A stretch of 64,000 nt of DNA from Lysobacterales bacterium. Its GTDB lineage: Bacteria > Pseudomonadota > Gammaproteobacteria > Xanthomonadales > SZUA-5. Every line of letters begins with the position of its first letter. The stretch's first letter is position 1. Below, piece after piece: positions 31,595 to 41,798 of the stretch. The DNA is taken from assembly GCA_022844165.1 (NCBI GenBank), contig JALHMH010000006.1, positions 97,676 to 161,675 of the forward strand, read 5' to 3'. The translations under genes were made by a program, and so were the position numbers. Below the pieces are notes generated by a model that had not been told where the DNA came from, did not search any database, and saw only the letters and a list, made by a program, of their open reading frames with translations.

Positions 31595-31781
31595 CGAGCG
31601 AGGCTTCGCCACAGACCGCCAAGCATGGTCAGGTTCGCTCGCCGGCAATCCACGAATCTCCACAAGCCTGCCGAGTGCTCGCGCTGCGTGCCCCCTGGAC
31701 TTGAGGGGGATTCAAGAGCCAAAGCTGCCTGGTGGGAAGTCTGACTCGTTCGTCGAGATCCCGCTGCATCAAAAACTTCAA
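31595..31781 (-). repeat. CTAG-type structured repeat, degenerate copy 4
   Basis: The reverse complement aligns end to end with the unit: AGTTTTTGATGCAGC..GCTTTGGCT..GAATCCCCCTCAAGTCCAGGGGG..GGCGGTCTGTGGCGAAGCCTCG. Confidence 0.75.
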
Positions 31782-32046
31782 GTCTGCCAAATGTCATTGC
31801 CGCTCTCCTTGTGCGTGACCCACCTGATGGATGGTCATACGCATCAGCGGCACAAACAGGGCCAGGCAACATGCATCCACCCCCAAAGCGAGCGATGCCG
31901 CGCCGACACCAGCTCGACCAGCAACTCGCGCAAGGCGACAATGGGGCAGGCGCATAGCTGAAATCGCCTTTGCGGGACGCGTGTTCGCTCGAGAAAGTAC
32001 AGCTGGTTCTCGAACCGCCGCTCCAAATCGCGCATCGTCAAGGAGT

Positions 32047-32206
32047 CTGGCAGGCTGTTGAGAAACAGTCTGCGGGCGCGAACCATGGATGGTTCGCACA
32101 TGGGTCGAGCACTTAAGTGCTTGATCCATGGAGAGCGAGTCCGGACATGTGCCGGACTCGCGACTTGAGAAACGCACAGGAAGTGCGTTTCTCAATAATG
32201 TGCTGG
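32047..32206. mobile_element. Four-hairpin MITE-like element flanked by CTGG direct repeats
   Basis: CTGG|CAGGCTGTTGAGAAAC ... GTTTCTCAATAATGTG|CTGG, with four consecutive internal hairpins. Confidence 0.65.
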
Positions 32207-32385
32207 CGAGGCTTCGCCTCAGACCAACGAGCATTGCTGGCTTCGTTCGACAGCGTACTTGCCACAACCCCCATTGAGCGCTGCGCGCTCAATCGCCCCC
32301 TTAATTTAAGGGGGCTTCAACAGCCAAAGCCGCTCCGAAGAAATTTGACCCAACTAACAAGATCCAGCTCCATCAAGGACTCTAG
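32203..32385 (-). repeat. CTAG-bounded structured repeat, copy 3
   Basis: Reverse complement of 21260-21442 with about 8 differences in 183 bp. Confidence 0.92.
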
Positions 32386-32450
32386 TTCGCTTACACGCGG
32401 CCAATCCGCTATTCCTGCCATCGTCCACACCAAACTTCAGGACCCTTAGC

Positions 32451-33479
32451 ATGCGACAAACCGAAGGTCTCAACATCGCCGTTGTTGGCGCCACTGGCGC
32501 GGTGGGTACAACAATGCTCGAAATTCTTGCCGAGCGAGCATTTCCGGCAACGTCGGTGGTCGCACTCGCGAGCGAAAAGTCTGCCGGAAAGCGCGTCAAA
32601 TTCGGCGAGCTGTCGCTCAAGGTACAGAACCTGGACCTGTTCGACTTTGCGAACACGCATATCGCGCTGTTCTCTGCCGGCGGAGGGGTCTCGGCGGTGC
32701 ACGCACCACGTGCGGCAGCCGCTGGCGCTATCGTGATCGACAACACGAGTCACTTCCGATATGACGACGACATTCCGCTGGTTGTCAGCGAAGTCAATCC
32801 ACATGCGATTGCTGGTTACAAAACCCGCGGCATCATCGCCAACCCGAATTGTTCGACCATGCAGATGCTGGTGGCACTGGCGCCGATCCATCGCGCCGTC
32901 GGCATTACCCGGATCAACGTGGCGACGTATCAATCCGTTAGCGGCGCAGGTCAGCGCGGAATCGAAGAGTTAGGCAAGCAGACGGCACAGCTGCTCAATC
33001 TTCAGCCGATCGTAGCCAGGAAATTTCAGGTGCAGATCGCTTTCAACCTGATCCCGCAGATCGATGTGTTCACCGACAACGGCTACACCAAAGAAGAGAT
33101 GAAGATGGTCTGGGAAACACAGAAGATCCTGGAGGATAAGTCCATTCGGGTGAATCCGACGGCCGTTCGGGTGCCGGTGTTCTACGGCCATAGCGAGGCG
33201 GTGCATATCGAAACTCGCGAAAAGATCACGGCACAGGCAGCGCGTACTCTGTTAGAACAGGCGCCCGGTGTGGTCGTCGTGGATGAACGCATACCCGGTG
33301 GATACCCGACGCCCGTCACTCATGCGGCAGGCAAAGACCCCACGTTCGTTGGACGGATTCGCGAGGACATCAGCCATCCAAATGGGCTCGCACTGTGGAT
33401 TGTGGCGGACAATATTCGTAAAGGTGCGGCGTTGAACGCAGTTCAGATTGCGGAACTCTTGGTAAAACATTATCGCTGA
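32451..33479 (+). CDS. asd: Aspartate-semialdehyde dehydrogenase
   Basis: VVGATGAVG, IIANPNCSTMQM, TYQSVSGAG, VRVPVFYGHSE, DNIRKGAALNAVQIAE. Confidence 0.97.
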   Translation: MRQTEGLNIAVVGATGAVGTTMLEILAERAFPATSVVALASEKSAGKRVKFGELSLKVQNLDLFDFANTHIALFSAGGGVSAVHAPRAAAAGAIVIDNTSHFRYDDDIPLVVSEVNPHAIAGYKTRGIIANPNCSTMQMLVALAPIHRAVGITRINVATYQSVSGAGQRGIEELGKQTAQLLNLQPIVARKFQVQIAFNLIPQIDVFTDNGYTKEEMKMVWETQKILEDKSIRVNPTAVRVPVFYGHSEAVHIETREKITAQAARTLLEQAPGVVVVDERIPGGYPTPVTHAAGKDPTFVGRIREDISHPNGLALWIVADNIRKGAALNAVQIAELLVKHYR

Positions 33480-33674
33480 TCTATAGTTACGCTCGCCTTA
33501 TAAGGTTATTTCGAGTTTTGTGTCTTAAGATACCGGTCCGCTTTGTCGCGTGGCGGCTGGGGAGGGCGCGATGACGACGATGAGGCGTCATCGCGAGGAG
33601 TCATCCCGCAGCTGGAGCGGGTCAGCGAATTGTCAGACAACAAGAAACGGCCGCATTGCCCCTGGGGGATATCC

Positions 33675-36224
33675 ATGAAAGGACCGCGCAAGACACTATT
33701 GGCTACCAGCATCCTCGCGCTGCCATCGCTGGCGCAGGCGCTGGGCCTGGGGGGAATCGACGTCAAGTCGGGGTTGAATGAACCGCTTGTTGCAGAGATC
33801 CAGATCATTCAGGCCAATCCCGGCGAAGCCGACGGGCTCGCCGTGCAGATGGCCAGTGCTGCAGACTTTGCCCGTGTCGGTATCGACCGCGGGCGCATTG
33901 ATACGCCGCTGACATTCACGATCGGCAAAGGCGCGAACGGCCAGCCAGTCATCAAGGTGACATCGTCGCAGCCGGTGCGCGAGCCGTTTTTGAACTTCCT
34001 TCTTGAGGTCAACTGGTCAAAGGGTCGATTACTTCGCGAGTACACGGTACTTCTCGACCCGCCTGTCAGCGCGCCAGCCGGCGGTGCGACTCGCGTTGCG
34101 CCAGCGGCGGTCCCTGTGCCTGAACCCCAGGTCGTGCCACCGGCGCCCGTTGCCGAAACGACCGAACCGATGGCGGCGCCGGAGCCCATGGTTGCCGAGC
34201 CGGCGCCGGTCGTAGCACCAGAACCCATGCCCGAACCGGCTCCGGCGGAACCCATGCCAGAGCCAGCGCCGGAGCCAGCGCCGGAACCTGCGCCGGAGCC
34301 CGCTCCGCAGGCAAGCGAGTATGGTCCGGTTGGCCAAGGCGAAACGTTGTGGGAAATCGCCACGGCGACGCGCCCGGCAGGCGCAACCGACATGAATAAG
34401 CTGATGGTGGCGCTGCTGCGCGCAAATCCCGATGCATTCTTTCAGCAGAACATCAACGCCGTGAAGCGTGGCGCAATCATGCGCATTCCGAGTGTCGATG
34501 AAATCAATGCAATCACTGCTTCGGAAGCCGCTGAGGCAGTGCGCAGCCAGAACGAAATTTGGCGCGGCTATCAAGCGCCGTCAAGCCGTCCGACCGAACT
34601 GGCGGATGCCGGCGCGAGCGAGAGTTTGCGGACACCGGGTGAAGCGACGACGCCAGGCGGCACGCGACTGGAACTGCTGCCTCCGCGCAGTGGCGGCGAC
34701 GAAGGTGCAGGCGATCGTCCCGGCTCAGGCGGCATGGATCGCAGTGGCGAAGAAATCAAGAACCTGCGGGGCGACCTGGCACGTTCGCAAGAAGATCTGG
34801 TGAGTTCAAGGCAAGAGGTCAGCGAACTGCGATCGCGCGTGGCCGACTTGGAAAAAATCAAGTCGGATCAGGACAAGATGTTGGCGTTGCGAAGCGACGA
34901 ACTGACGGCGATGCAATCCCGCGCGGCAGAACTCGAAGCTCGCATTCGCGAATTGGAGTCGAAGGAGAGTGCTGCGCCGTCCATGCCCGTCGAGCCCGAC
35001 GAGCCTGCGGCTAACATCACCGAACCAACGCCAGTGGAACCCGCCGCGGACCCGGTTGAAGAACCAACGGCCGATCCTGCTGCAGATCCGTTAACCGATC
35101 CGTCTGCAGATCCGATGGCTGACCCGGCGGTCACCGAACCGGTTTCCGAGCCCATCGCTGAGCCCGAGCCGGCAATTGACCCGGACCCGGCCGCCGTACA
35201 ACCGGTGGACGAGCCAGAGCCGGTGGCGGCCGAACCGACGCCTGCACCAACGCCCGAGCCCGGCATCTTCAGCAACCCCCTGGTACTCGGTGGCATCGGA
35301 GCCGCCATTCTGGCGCTGTTGGGCCTGTTGTGGGCGCGTCTGCGCAAGAAGCCCGAAGAGGCGCAAGAGTCGATCGGCGAAGCGGACGATGAACCCGCCC
35401 AGTTCTTCCCAACGCCAGCCGAGCAAGAGGACTCGGAAGAAGACATGTTGCTCGACCAGGTCGCTATGAATCCAGCGAATCTGGCACCGCGCATGGCGCT
35501 TCTGCGGCTTTACCACGAACGCGGCGATGGCGCCGAGTTCGAAAGCACCGCGCGAGGTCTGCGTGCGCAGATCGCAAGCGAAGACCAGCCCGAGTGGCGC
35601 GAAGCTTCGCGTCTGGCCGCGACGATTCTGCCCGGCCATGCGCTGTTCCAGACGCTGGACGAGACACCTGTTTTTGCCGCGCCCAGCGAGCCGCTCGACA
35701 GCGGTCTGGACTTCGATGCATTTGAGGATAAGCCGGCGGCGGCACAGGTAGTGACCAAGCCTGAGCCCAGCTTCGATTTCGATTTCGATCTCGACGGCCC
35801 GACGCAAGCCATGCCGCCGGTGGCCGCGCCTGCGGCAGTTCCCGCGCCGCAGCCTACGCCGGCTGCGCCTGCTCCGGACCTGAGCTTTGACTTCGATCTT
35901 GAGGTGCCGTCTCCTGCGCCAGCACCAGTGCCGCCACCGAAAGCGGATGTGTCTTTCGATCTGCCTGATCTGGACTTTGTCGAAGCGCAAGTGGCCCCTG
36001 CGCCGGCGCATGTACCGGCGACGGTCGCAGACGGCGCGGAAGACGACCTTGGCGACCTGGGTGTTTTCGGCGACGATGCCGTGGCGACCAAGCTCGATCT
36101 GGCTCGCGCGTACCTCGACATGGGTGACCCAGACGGCGCAAGAAGCATGCTCGAAGAGGTTATTTCCGAAGGCAATGCAAGCCAGCAGGGCGAGGCGCGC
36201 AAGTTGCTTGATTCGTTGCGCTAG
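33675..36224 (+). CDS. fimV: FimV/HubP polar landmark protein
   Basis: ALGLGGIDVKSGLNEPL, GRLLREYTVLLDPP, LysM-like segment, coiled coil, TM helix, acidic region, C-terminal ATKLDLARAYLDMGD. Follows asd. Confidence 0.92.
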   Translation: MKGPRKTLLATSILALPSLAQALGLGGIDVKSGLNEPLVAEIQIIQANPGEADGLAVQMASAADFARVGIDRGRIDTPLTFTIGKGANGQPVIKVTSSQPVREPFLNFLLEVNWSKGRLLREYTVLLDPPVSAPAGGATRVAPAAVPVPEPQVVPPAPVAETTEPMAAPEPMVAEPAPVVAPEPMPEPAPAEPMPEPAPEPAPEPAPEPAPQASEYGPVGQGETLWEIATATRPAGATDMNKLMVALLRANPDAFFQQNINAVKRGAIMRIPSVDEINAITASEAAEAVRSQNEIWRGYQAPSSRPTELADAGASESLRTPGEATTPGGTRLELLPPRSGGDEGAGDRPGSGGMDRSGEEIKNLRGDLARSQEDLVSSRQEVSELRSRVADLEKIKSDQDKMLALRSDELTAMQSRAAELEARIRELESKESAAPSMPVEPDEPAANITEPTPVEPAADPVEEPTADPAADPLTDPSADPMADPAVTEPVSEPIAEPEPAIDPDPAAVQPVDEPEPVAAEPTPAPTPEPGIFSNPLVLGGIGAAILALLGLLWARLRKKPEEAQESIGEADDEPAQFFPTPAEQEDSEEDMLLDQVAMNPANLAPRMALLRLYHERGDGAEFESTARGLRAQIASEDQPEWREASRLAATILPGHALFQTLDETPVFAAPSEPLDSGLDFDAFEDKPAAAQVVTKPEPSFDFDFDLDGPTQAMPPVAAPAAVPAPQPTPAAPAPDLSFDFDLEVPSPAPAPVPPPKADVSFDLPDLDFVEAQVAPAPAHVPATVADGAEDDLGDLGVFGDDAVATKLDLARAYLDMGDPDGARSMLEEVISEGNASQQGEARKLLDSLR

Positions 36225-36251
36225 CATCGTCCGGTATCAGGAGCAAAAACT

Positions 36252-36280
36252 GAACGGCGCTGCGGCGCCGTTCCTTTTTT
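36252..36280 (+). terminator. Rho-independent terminator after fimV
   Basis: GAACGGCGC-TGCG-GCGCCGTTC followed by CTTTTTT. Confidence 0.8.
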
Positions 36281-36400
36281 GCAAAGATGCCACAGCGTCT
36301 TGATTCTCTGAACCGCCGCCCCCAACTGTCTTTACTTGCGATAGGGCGTGTTCGCTCCCGTCCTGTAGACTCCGGCCCCTTTTCTGTTGCCTGAAAGCCC

Positions 36401-39088
36401 ATGCTCAACGCCATTCTGACCCGCCTTTTTGGCAGTCGCAACGACCGCCTCGTCAAGGGCATGCGCAAAACCGTTGCCGAAATCAATGCGCTGGAAGAGT
36501 CATTCAAAGCGCTCAGCGACGACGCACTGCGCGCCAAGACCAGCGAGTTTAGAGAGCGACTGGCCAATGGCACCAAGCTGGATGCCGTATTGCCTGAGGC
36601 GTTTGCCGCCGTACGCGAAGCTGCCCGTCGCACACTCGGATTACGCCACTACGATGTGCAGTTAATCGGTGGCATGGTGTTGCACCAGGGCAAAATTGCC
36701 GAAATGCGCACTGGCGAAGGCAAGACGCTGGTCGCAACACTGCCGGTCTATTTGAATGCGCTCGAAGGTAAGGGCGTGCACGTTGTCACGGTAAACGATT
36801 ATTTGGCCAAACGCGATGCGGCCTGGATGGGGCCGGTGTATTCGGCGCTTGGCATGAGTGTGGGTGTGATCGTGCCGGGCCAGAGCATGGATAGCAAACG
36901 CGAGGCTTATGCGTGCGATATCAGCTACGGCACGAACAACGAATACGGTTTCGATTATTTGCGCACCAATATGGCGTTTTCGGCGGCCGATCGGTTGCAG
37001 CGTCTGCCGCACTACGCGATCGTCGACGAAGTCGACTCCATTTTGATCGATGAGGCGCGCACACCCTTGATCATCTCCGGACCGGCCGATGAATCGCCGG
37101 AGCTGTACGTCAAGATCAATCGTGTTGCGCCAAAGCTCGTTCGCCAGAAAGCCGAGGACGGCGATGGCGATTTCTGGGTCGACGAAAAACAGAAGCAGGT
37201 GCACCTGTCTGAGGCAGGCATGGCGCACGTCGAAACGGTCCTGCGCGATGCTGGAATTTTGGGCGAGGGCACCAATTTGTACGACGTGCAGAACCTGGCG
37301 ATCGTGCACCACCTCAATGCGGCGCTGCGTGCGCATCACATCTATCAACGCGACGTCGATTACATCGTGCGCGACGGTGAAGTCATCATCGTCGATGAAT
37401 TTACCGGCCGTACTTTGCAAGGTCGCCGTTGGAGCGATGGTCTGCATCAGGCCATCGAAGCCAAAGAAAGCGTGCCCATCCAGCGCGAAAATCAGACGCT
37501 GGCGTCGATCACTTTCCAGAACTACTTCCGCCTGTATAAAAAACTGGCGGGCATGACCGGTACGGCGGATACCGAAGCCTTCGAATTTCAGTCGATTTAC
37601 GGCCTGGAAGTGGTCGTCATTCCGACGCACCGGCCGATGATCCGCAAAGACGCAACCGATCTTGTGTTCTTGACGCGTAAGGACAAATACGTTGCGATCA
37701 TTGAGGACATTCGCGAGCGCAAGAAGATTCAGCAACCGGTACTGGTGGGAACAACCTCCATCGAAATCTCGGAAGTGATTTCGCAGCAACTCAAGAAGGA
37801 AGGTATTCCGCACGAAGTGCTGAATGCCAAACAGCATGAGCGCGAAGCACACATCGTCGCGCAGGCAGGACGCCCGGGCGCAGTGACGATTGCCACGAAC
37901 ATGGCCGGCCGTGGTACGGACATTGTGTTGGGTGGAAGCCTTGAGGCAGAGCTGCATGGTCTGGGTCCAGAAGCGACCGATGCGCAAAAGGAGGCCGTGC
38001 GTGCCGAATGGAAACTTCGCCACGATGCCGTTCTTCAGAGCGGTGGCTTGCACATCGTAGGCACCGAACGGCATGAATCGAGGCGTATCGACAACCAATT
38101 GCGCGGCCGCTCCGGCCGCCAGGGCGATCCTGGTTCGTCGCGCTTCTACCTTGCGTTCGAAGACAGTCTGATGCGCATCTTCGCCTCAGAGCGGCTCGCA
38201 AATCTGATGCAAAAGCTGGGTATGAAGGAAGGCGAATCGATCGAGCACCCGCTGGTCAATCGTGCGATCGAAAATGCGCAACGTAAGGTTGAGGCGCATA
38301 ACTTCGATATCCGCAAACACCTTCTGGATTTCGACGACGTCGCCAACGACCAGCGCAAGGTGATCTACGAGCAACGTAACGACATCATGGACGCCCAGGA
38401 CGTTCAGGAAATGCTCGTCCAGGTGCGCCATGACGTGGTTCGTGCGATGACCGAAACACACGTCCCGGCTGAGTCTATCGACGAAAGCTGGGACCTCGAT
38501 ACACTCAAGAAGACGCTTGCCGACGATCTCGGTGTCGAGGTCGAGCCTCGCAGCTGGGTCAAGGAGAACGCTGATATCAACGCCGAAGGCGTGGCGGAAA
38601 AGGTGATCGAGGCAGTTGATCGACACTTCCGGGAACGTGAAGCGTTGATGGGTTCGGAAGTCACCCGCATGGCTGAAAAGGCCATTCTCCTCAATGTGCT
38701 CGATACGCAGTGGAAAGACCACCTGGCGCGCATGGATTACTTACGTCAGGGCATCCATTTGCGCGGGTATGCGCAGAAGCAGCCGAAGCAGGAGTTCAAA
38801 CGCGAGGCCTTCGAGCTGTTCCAGCAACTGCTGGATCGCGTCAAAAGCGAAACCGTCAAGCTGTTGGCGCGCGTCCGCGTACGTTCGGAAAACGACATCA
38901 ACGAAGCCGAACAACAACGCCGACAAGCGCCGCCGATGCAGTTTCAGCATGCAGACGCTGGCGGTTACAGCGCCGATGAAGAAGCCGAACAGGTCGCGGT
39001 CAGCAGCCAGCCCAAGGTAGGCCGCAACGATCCCTGCCCCTGCGGATCGGGCAAGAAATATAAGCAATGCCATGGAAGAATCGACTAG
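36401..39088 (+). CDS. secA: Preprotein translocase subunit SecA
   Basis: [48 protein letters not shown] motif [18 protein letters not shown]. Confidence 0.98.
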   Translation: MLNAILTRLFGSRNDRLVKGMRKTVAEINALEESFKALSDDALRAKTSEFRERLANGTKLDAVLPEAFAAVREAARRTLGLRHYDVQLIGGMVLHQGKIAEMRTGEGKTLVATLPVYLNALEGKGVHVVTVNDYLAKRDAAWMGPVYSALGMSVGVIVPGQSMDSKREAYACDISYGTNNEYGFDYLRTNMAFSAADRLQRLPHYAIVDEVDSILIDEARTPLIISGPADESPELYVKINRVAPKLVRQKAEDGDGDFWVDEKQKQVHLSEAGMAHVETVLRDAGILGEGTNLYDVQNLAIVHHLNAALRAHHIYQRDVDYIVRDGEVIIVDEFTGRTLQGRRWSDGLHQAIEAKESVPIQRENQTLASITFQNYFRLYKKLAGMTGTADTEAFEFQSIYGLEVVVIPTHRPMIRKDATDLVFLTRKDKYVAIIEDIRERKKIQQPVLVGTTSIEISEVISQQLKKEGIPHEVLNAKQHEREAHIVAQAGRPGAVTIATNMAGRGTDIVLGGSLEAELHGLGPEATDAQKEAVRAEWKLRHDAVLQSGGLHIVGTERHESRRIDNQLRGRSGRQGDPGSSRFYLAFEDSLMRIFASERLANLMQKLGMKEGESIEHPLVNRAIENAQRKVEAHNFDIRKHLLDFDDVANDQRKVIYEQRNDIMDAQDVQEMLVQVRHDVVRAMTETHVPAESIDESWDLDTLKKTLADDLGVEVEPRSWVKENADINAEGVAEKVIEAVDRHFREREALMGSEVTRMAEKAILLNVLDTQWKDHLARMDYLRQGIHLRGYAQKQPKQEFKREAFELFQQLLDRVKSETVKLLARVRVRSENDINEAEQQRRQAPPMQFQHADAGGYSADEEAEQVAVSSQPKVGRNDPCPCGSGKKYKQCHGRID

Positions 39089-39200
39089 CGTCCTCGACGG
39101 CGCGGGATCTGGACAATTGCGTCGAGTCTTCTACGTAACGGCTGCGGCCTCTTCCGCTACCTTGAGTCAAGGCGGGTGACCGGCTCTGACAGGATCGGCC

Positions 39201-40160
39201 ATGCTTGAGGTCGTGGCCGGTGTCATGCGTCGCAACGATCAGGTATTGATCGCCCAGCGGCCCGCCCAAAAACACGACGGCGGTTTGTGGGAATTCCCGG
39301 GCGGCAAAATCGAGCCAGGGGAAGCGGCGCACGCCGCACTGGCGAGGGAACTTAACGAAGAACTCGGTATTGGCATCGGCGCAAGCGAACCGATGGTCAG
39401 CGTGAGCGGCGAACGCCTCATTTTGCACGCGCGGCGAGTGTCGGGTTTCGTTGGCGAGCCCACAGCGCTGGAACACGACGCGATCGCCTGGGTCGCGCCA
39501 AACGAGCTGCTCAAATACGCCATGCCAGTCGTTGATCGGCCCGTGCGGGCACGTTTACTGTGTGGCCCACGCTGGTTGATCACGCCTGAGCCGACATCTT
39601 TCGATGTCGACGCCTGGCTTGCAGCCTGGCTGACCGCTTTTGACCGCGCCGATCCGCCGGACCTGATCAGCGTTCGCCTGAAGAGTCTCAGGGAACCGGA
39701 GAAATCGAAGTTCTCGGCACAAGCTCTGGCGGCGGTACGCGCCGTTTCATCGGCGCTTGTCATGCGCCACTGCGATACTCCGGTCACCAACGCCGGGGCA
39801 TTCGACGGCGTTCACTTCAGCCAAACCGCAGCTCGAGCCGTCACCCATCGACCGCTGCCACCGTCGCAGCTGCTGGCGATTTCAACCCATGACGCCAGCG
39901 AACTGGATCATGCCCAGACACTTCTCGCCGATCTTGCGTGCCTGGGGCCTGTGCAGCGCACCGCATCGCATCCAGACACCGAGCCGCTCGGCTGGGATCG
40001 CTTCCAAGGCGATGTCGCGGCGCGCGCGCTGCCGGTGTACGCCTTGGGCGGCGTCGGACCACACGATGTCGCCACCGCGATTACCCACGGCGCACACGGC
40101 GTTGCTGCAATCCGGCAATGGTCATCATCCGATTCGAACGGTAGCGCAACGGTCGGCTGA
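39201..40160 (+). CDS. Nudix (MutT-like) hydrolase fused to a thiamine-phosphate-synthase-like domain
   Basis: WEFPGGKIEPGE..ALARELNEELGI and C-terminal GPVQRTASHP..LPVYALGGV. Follows secA. Confidence 0.88.
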   Translation: MLEVVAGVMRRNDQVLIAQRPAQKHDGGLWEFPGGKIEPGEAAHAALARELNEELGIGIGASEPMVSVSGERLILHARRVSGFVGEPTALEHDAIAWVAPNELLKYAMPVVDRPVRARLLCGPRWLITPEPTSFDVDAWLAAWLTAFDRADPPDLISVRLKSLREPEKSKFSAQALAAVRAVSSALVMRHCDTPVTNAGAFDGVHFSQTAARAVTHRPLPPSQLLAISTHDASELDHAQTLLADLACLGPVQRTASHPDTEPLGWDRFQGDVAARALPVYALGGVGPHDVATAITHGAHGVAAIRQWSSSDSNGSATVG

Positions 40161-40199
40161 TCGGCGCTTGAGCCATTTCCGCGTGCGCGCGGTGCGACG

Positions 40200-40678
40200 A
40201 CGGCGATGCCGAATCGTGGCCCTTGAAGGACGCCAACAGTGCGAACATGGGGTTGCAGGGCTGTATGGCTGGCGCAGTCAATTCGGCTACCTGGTCGCGA
40301 CCCTCATGGGTTCTAGTGCGGAGATCCGCAAAATTGCCCGCCGCAAGCTGGGCGAATTCTCTGCAGCGCGGCCCGCTTGCCAGTGGTGCATTGAGCAGCG
40401 TGCCCTTTGGATCGGGCAAAGCGTCAGGGTCGGCGGGAACCTTGGAGCGACTCACACCCAGAAAGGCTCCGCACCTTGCCGATGCCACCGCGGTCATCGA
40501 GTGCCTTTTGCAAGCCACCGCCCGATTCCTGCGCCACGCTGCGCAGGAATCGGAAGACATCGAGCAGATTCGATTTTCCCGCAGCGTTGGCCCCGATCAA
40601 GTACGTATATGCGCCGAATTCAACATCGACATCGCGGAAGTTCCTCCAGTTGGTGAGCCTCAGACGTACGACATGCAT
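40200..40678 (-). pseudogene. Decayed AAA_21-type ATPase N-terminus joined to a probable partner-gene remnant
   Basis: MHVVRLRLTNWRNF..LIGANAAGKSNLLDVFRFL..GGGLQKALDDRGG, then a stop at 40424. Another frame reads VPADPDALPDPKGTLL (DUF4276-like, low confidence). Left boundary approximate. Confidence 0.7.
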
Positions 40679-40717
40679 CGTTTGCTCCCATGAACTATCC
40701 ACGTGTCAGGGCTGTCA

Positions 40718-41722
40718 TCAGGCCCGCCATTGCCCCAGCGCGGCCAAGCCGTTTTCCTTGGCCCGTTGAGCGACGGTCTGCTGCGCGGCGGAGAAGTTGC
40801 CGACCATATCTCTGGCCCACAATTTGAGAGCTGCCGATTGCATGGCGCGTCCGTACGAGAAGCTCAGTGGCCACGGGTGCGGACCCATTTGGCTCATCGC
40901 ATTCAAATGCGCCGTGGCCATTTCGTCGCTTTGACCGCCAGACAAGAACACGATGCCCGGCACCGCCGCTGGCACGGCCGCGCGCAAGCACATCAACGTC
41001 GCTTCGGCGACCTCATCGATATCCGCCTGTTCTTCGCAATGTTTGCCCGGCAATACCATGCTGGCCTTCAATATGCTGCCTTCGAGGAATACGTTGTGCT
41101 CATAGAGTGCGGCATACAGCGAACGCAGCGCCGCTTCGGTCACGTCGAAGCAGGTTTCGATGTCGTGGTCGCCATCCATCAGCACCTCTGGCTCGACCAT
41201 CGGCACGATACCTGCCTCCTGACACAGCGCCGCATAGCGCGCCAGTGCGTGCGTGTTGGCGTCGATGCACGCTGCGCTCGGCATGTCATCGCCGATCGTG
41301 ATGACCGCGCGCCATTTCGCAAAACGCGCGCCCAGGCCGACGTACTCCTTCAGACGCTCGCGCAGGCCATCCAGGCCTTCAGTGATCAGCTCACCCGGAA
41401 ATCCAGCCAGTCCTACCGTTCCCAAATCCACCTTGATGCCGGGCAAGATGCCCGCAGCGTGCATCGCATCGACAAAGCGCTGGCCGGTGCGCGTAGATTG
41501 ACGCAAGGTCTCGTCGTACAAGATCGCGCCCGAGATGTGATCGCCGAGATTGGGTGTGGTCAGCAACATTTCGCGGTAGGCGCGGCGGGTGTCTTCTGTG
41601 CAATCGATGCCGACCTGATCGAAACGCTTCTTGATCGTCTTGCTCGATTCGTCGATGGCAATGATGCCCTTGCCTTGCGCGACCATCTGTTGCGCAATTG
41701 CTGCCAGATCCTGGATGTCCAT
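40718..41722 (-). CDS. Fructose-bisphosphate aldolase class I
   Basis: GKGIIAIDES, GIKVDLG, ARFAKWRAV, VPMVEPEV, FLSGGQS, LSFSYGRA. Confidence 0.95.
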   Translation of the reverse strand: MDIQDLAAIAQQMVAQGKGIIAIDESSKTIKKRFDQVGIDCTEDTRRAYREMLLTTPNLGDHISGAILYDETLRQSTRTGQRFVDAMHAAGILPGIKVDLGTVGLAGFPGELITEGLDGLRERLKEYVGLGARFAKWRAVITIGDDMPSAACIDANTHALARYAALCQEAGIVPMVEPEVLMDGDHDIETCFDVTEAALRSLYAALYEHNVFLEGSILKASMVLPGKHCEEQADIDEVAEATLMCLRAAVPAAVPGIVFLSGGQSDEMATAHLNAMSQMGPHPWPLSFSYGRAMQSAALKLWARDMVGNFSAAQQTVAQRAKENGLAALGQWRA

Positions 41723-41798
41723 TCTGTTACTCCATCAAAGAGGGCTGGAAGTATACGTGCGTTATGCTGTGGCCTCTGCTCTCAAGTCTGGCGCAACC

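Noticed and set aside
31790-32046. Possible gene remnant between the repeat copies (MRDLERRFENQLYFLERTR..)
   Set aside because: No recognisable family or consistent reading frame. BLASTX would be needed.
33480-33674. Structured leader upstream of fimV as a riboswitch
   Set aside because: One hairpin only (CGCGATGACG/CGTCATCGCG) and no recognisable aptamer consensus.
34190-34310. PEPA/PEPM tandem repeats in fimV (also the DP-rich tract near 35040-35260)
   Set aside because: Ordinary low-complexity linkers of FimV.
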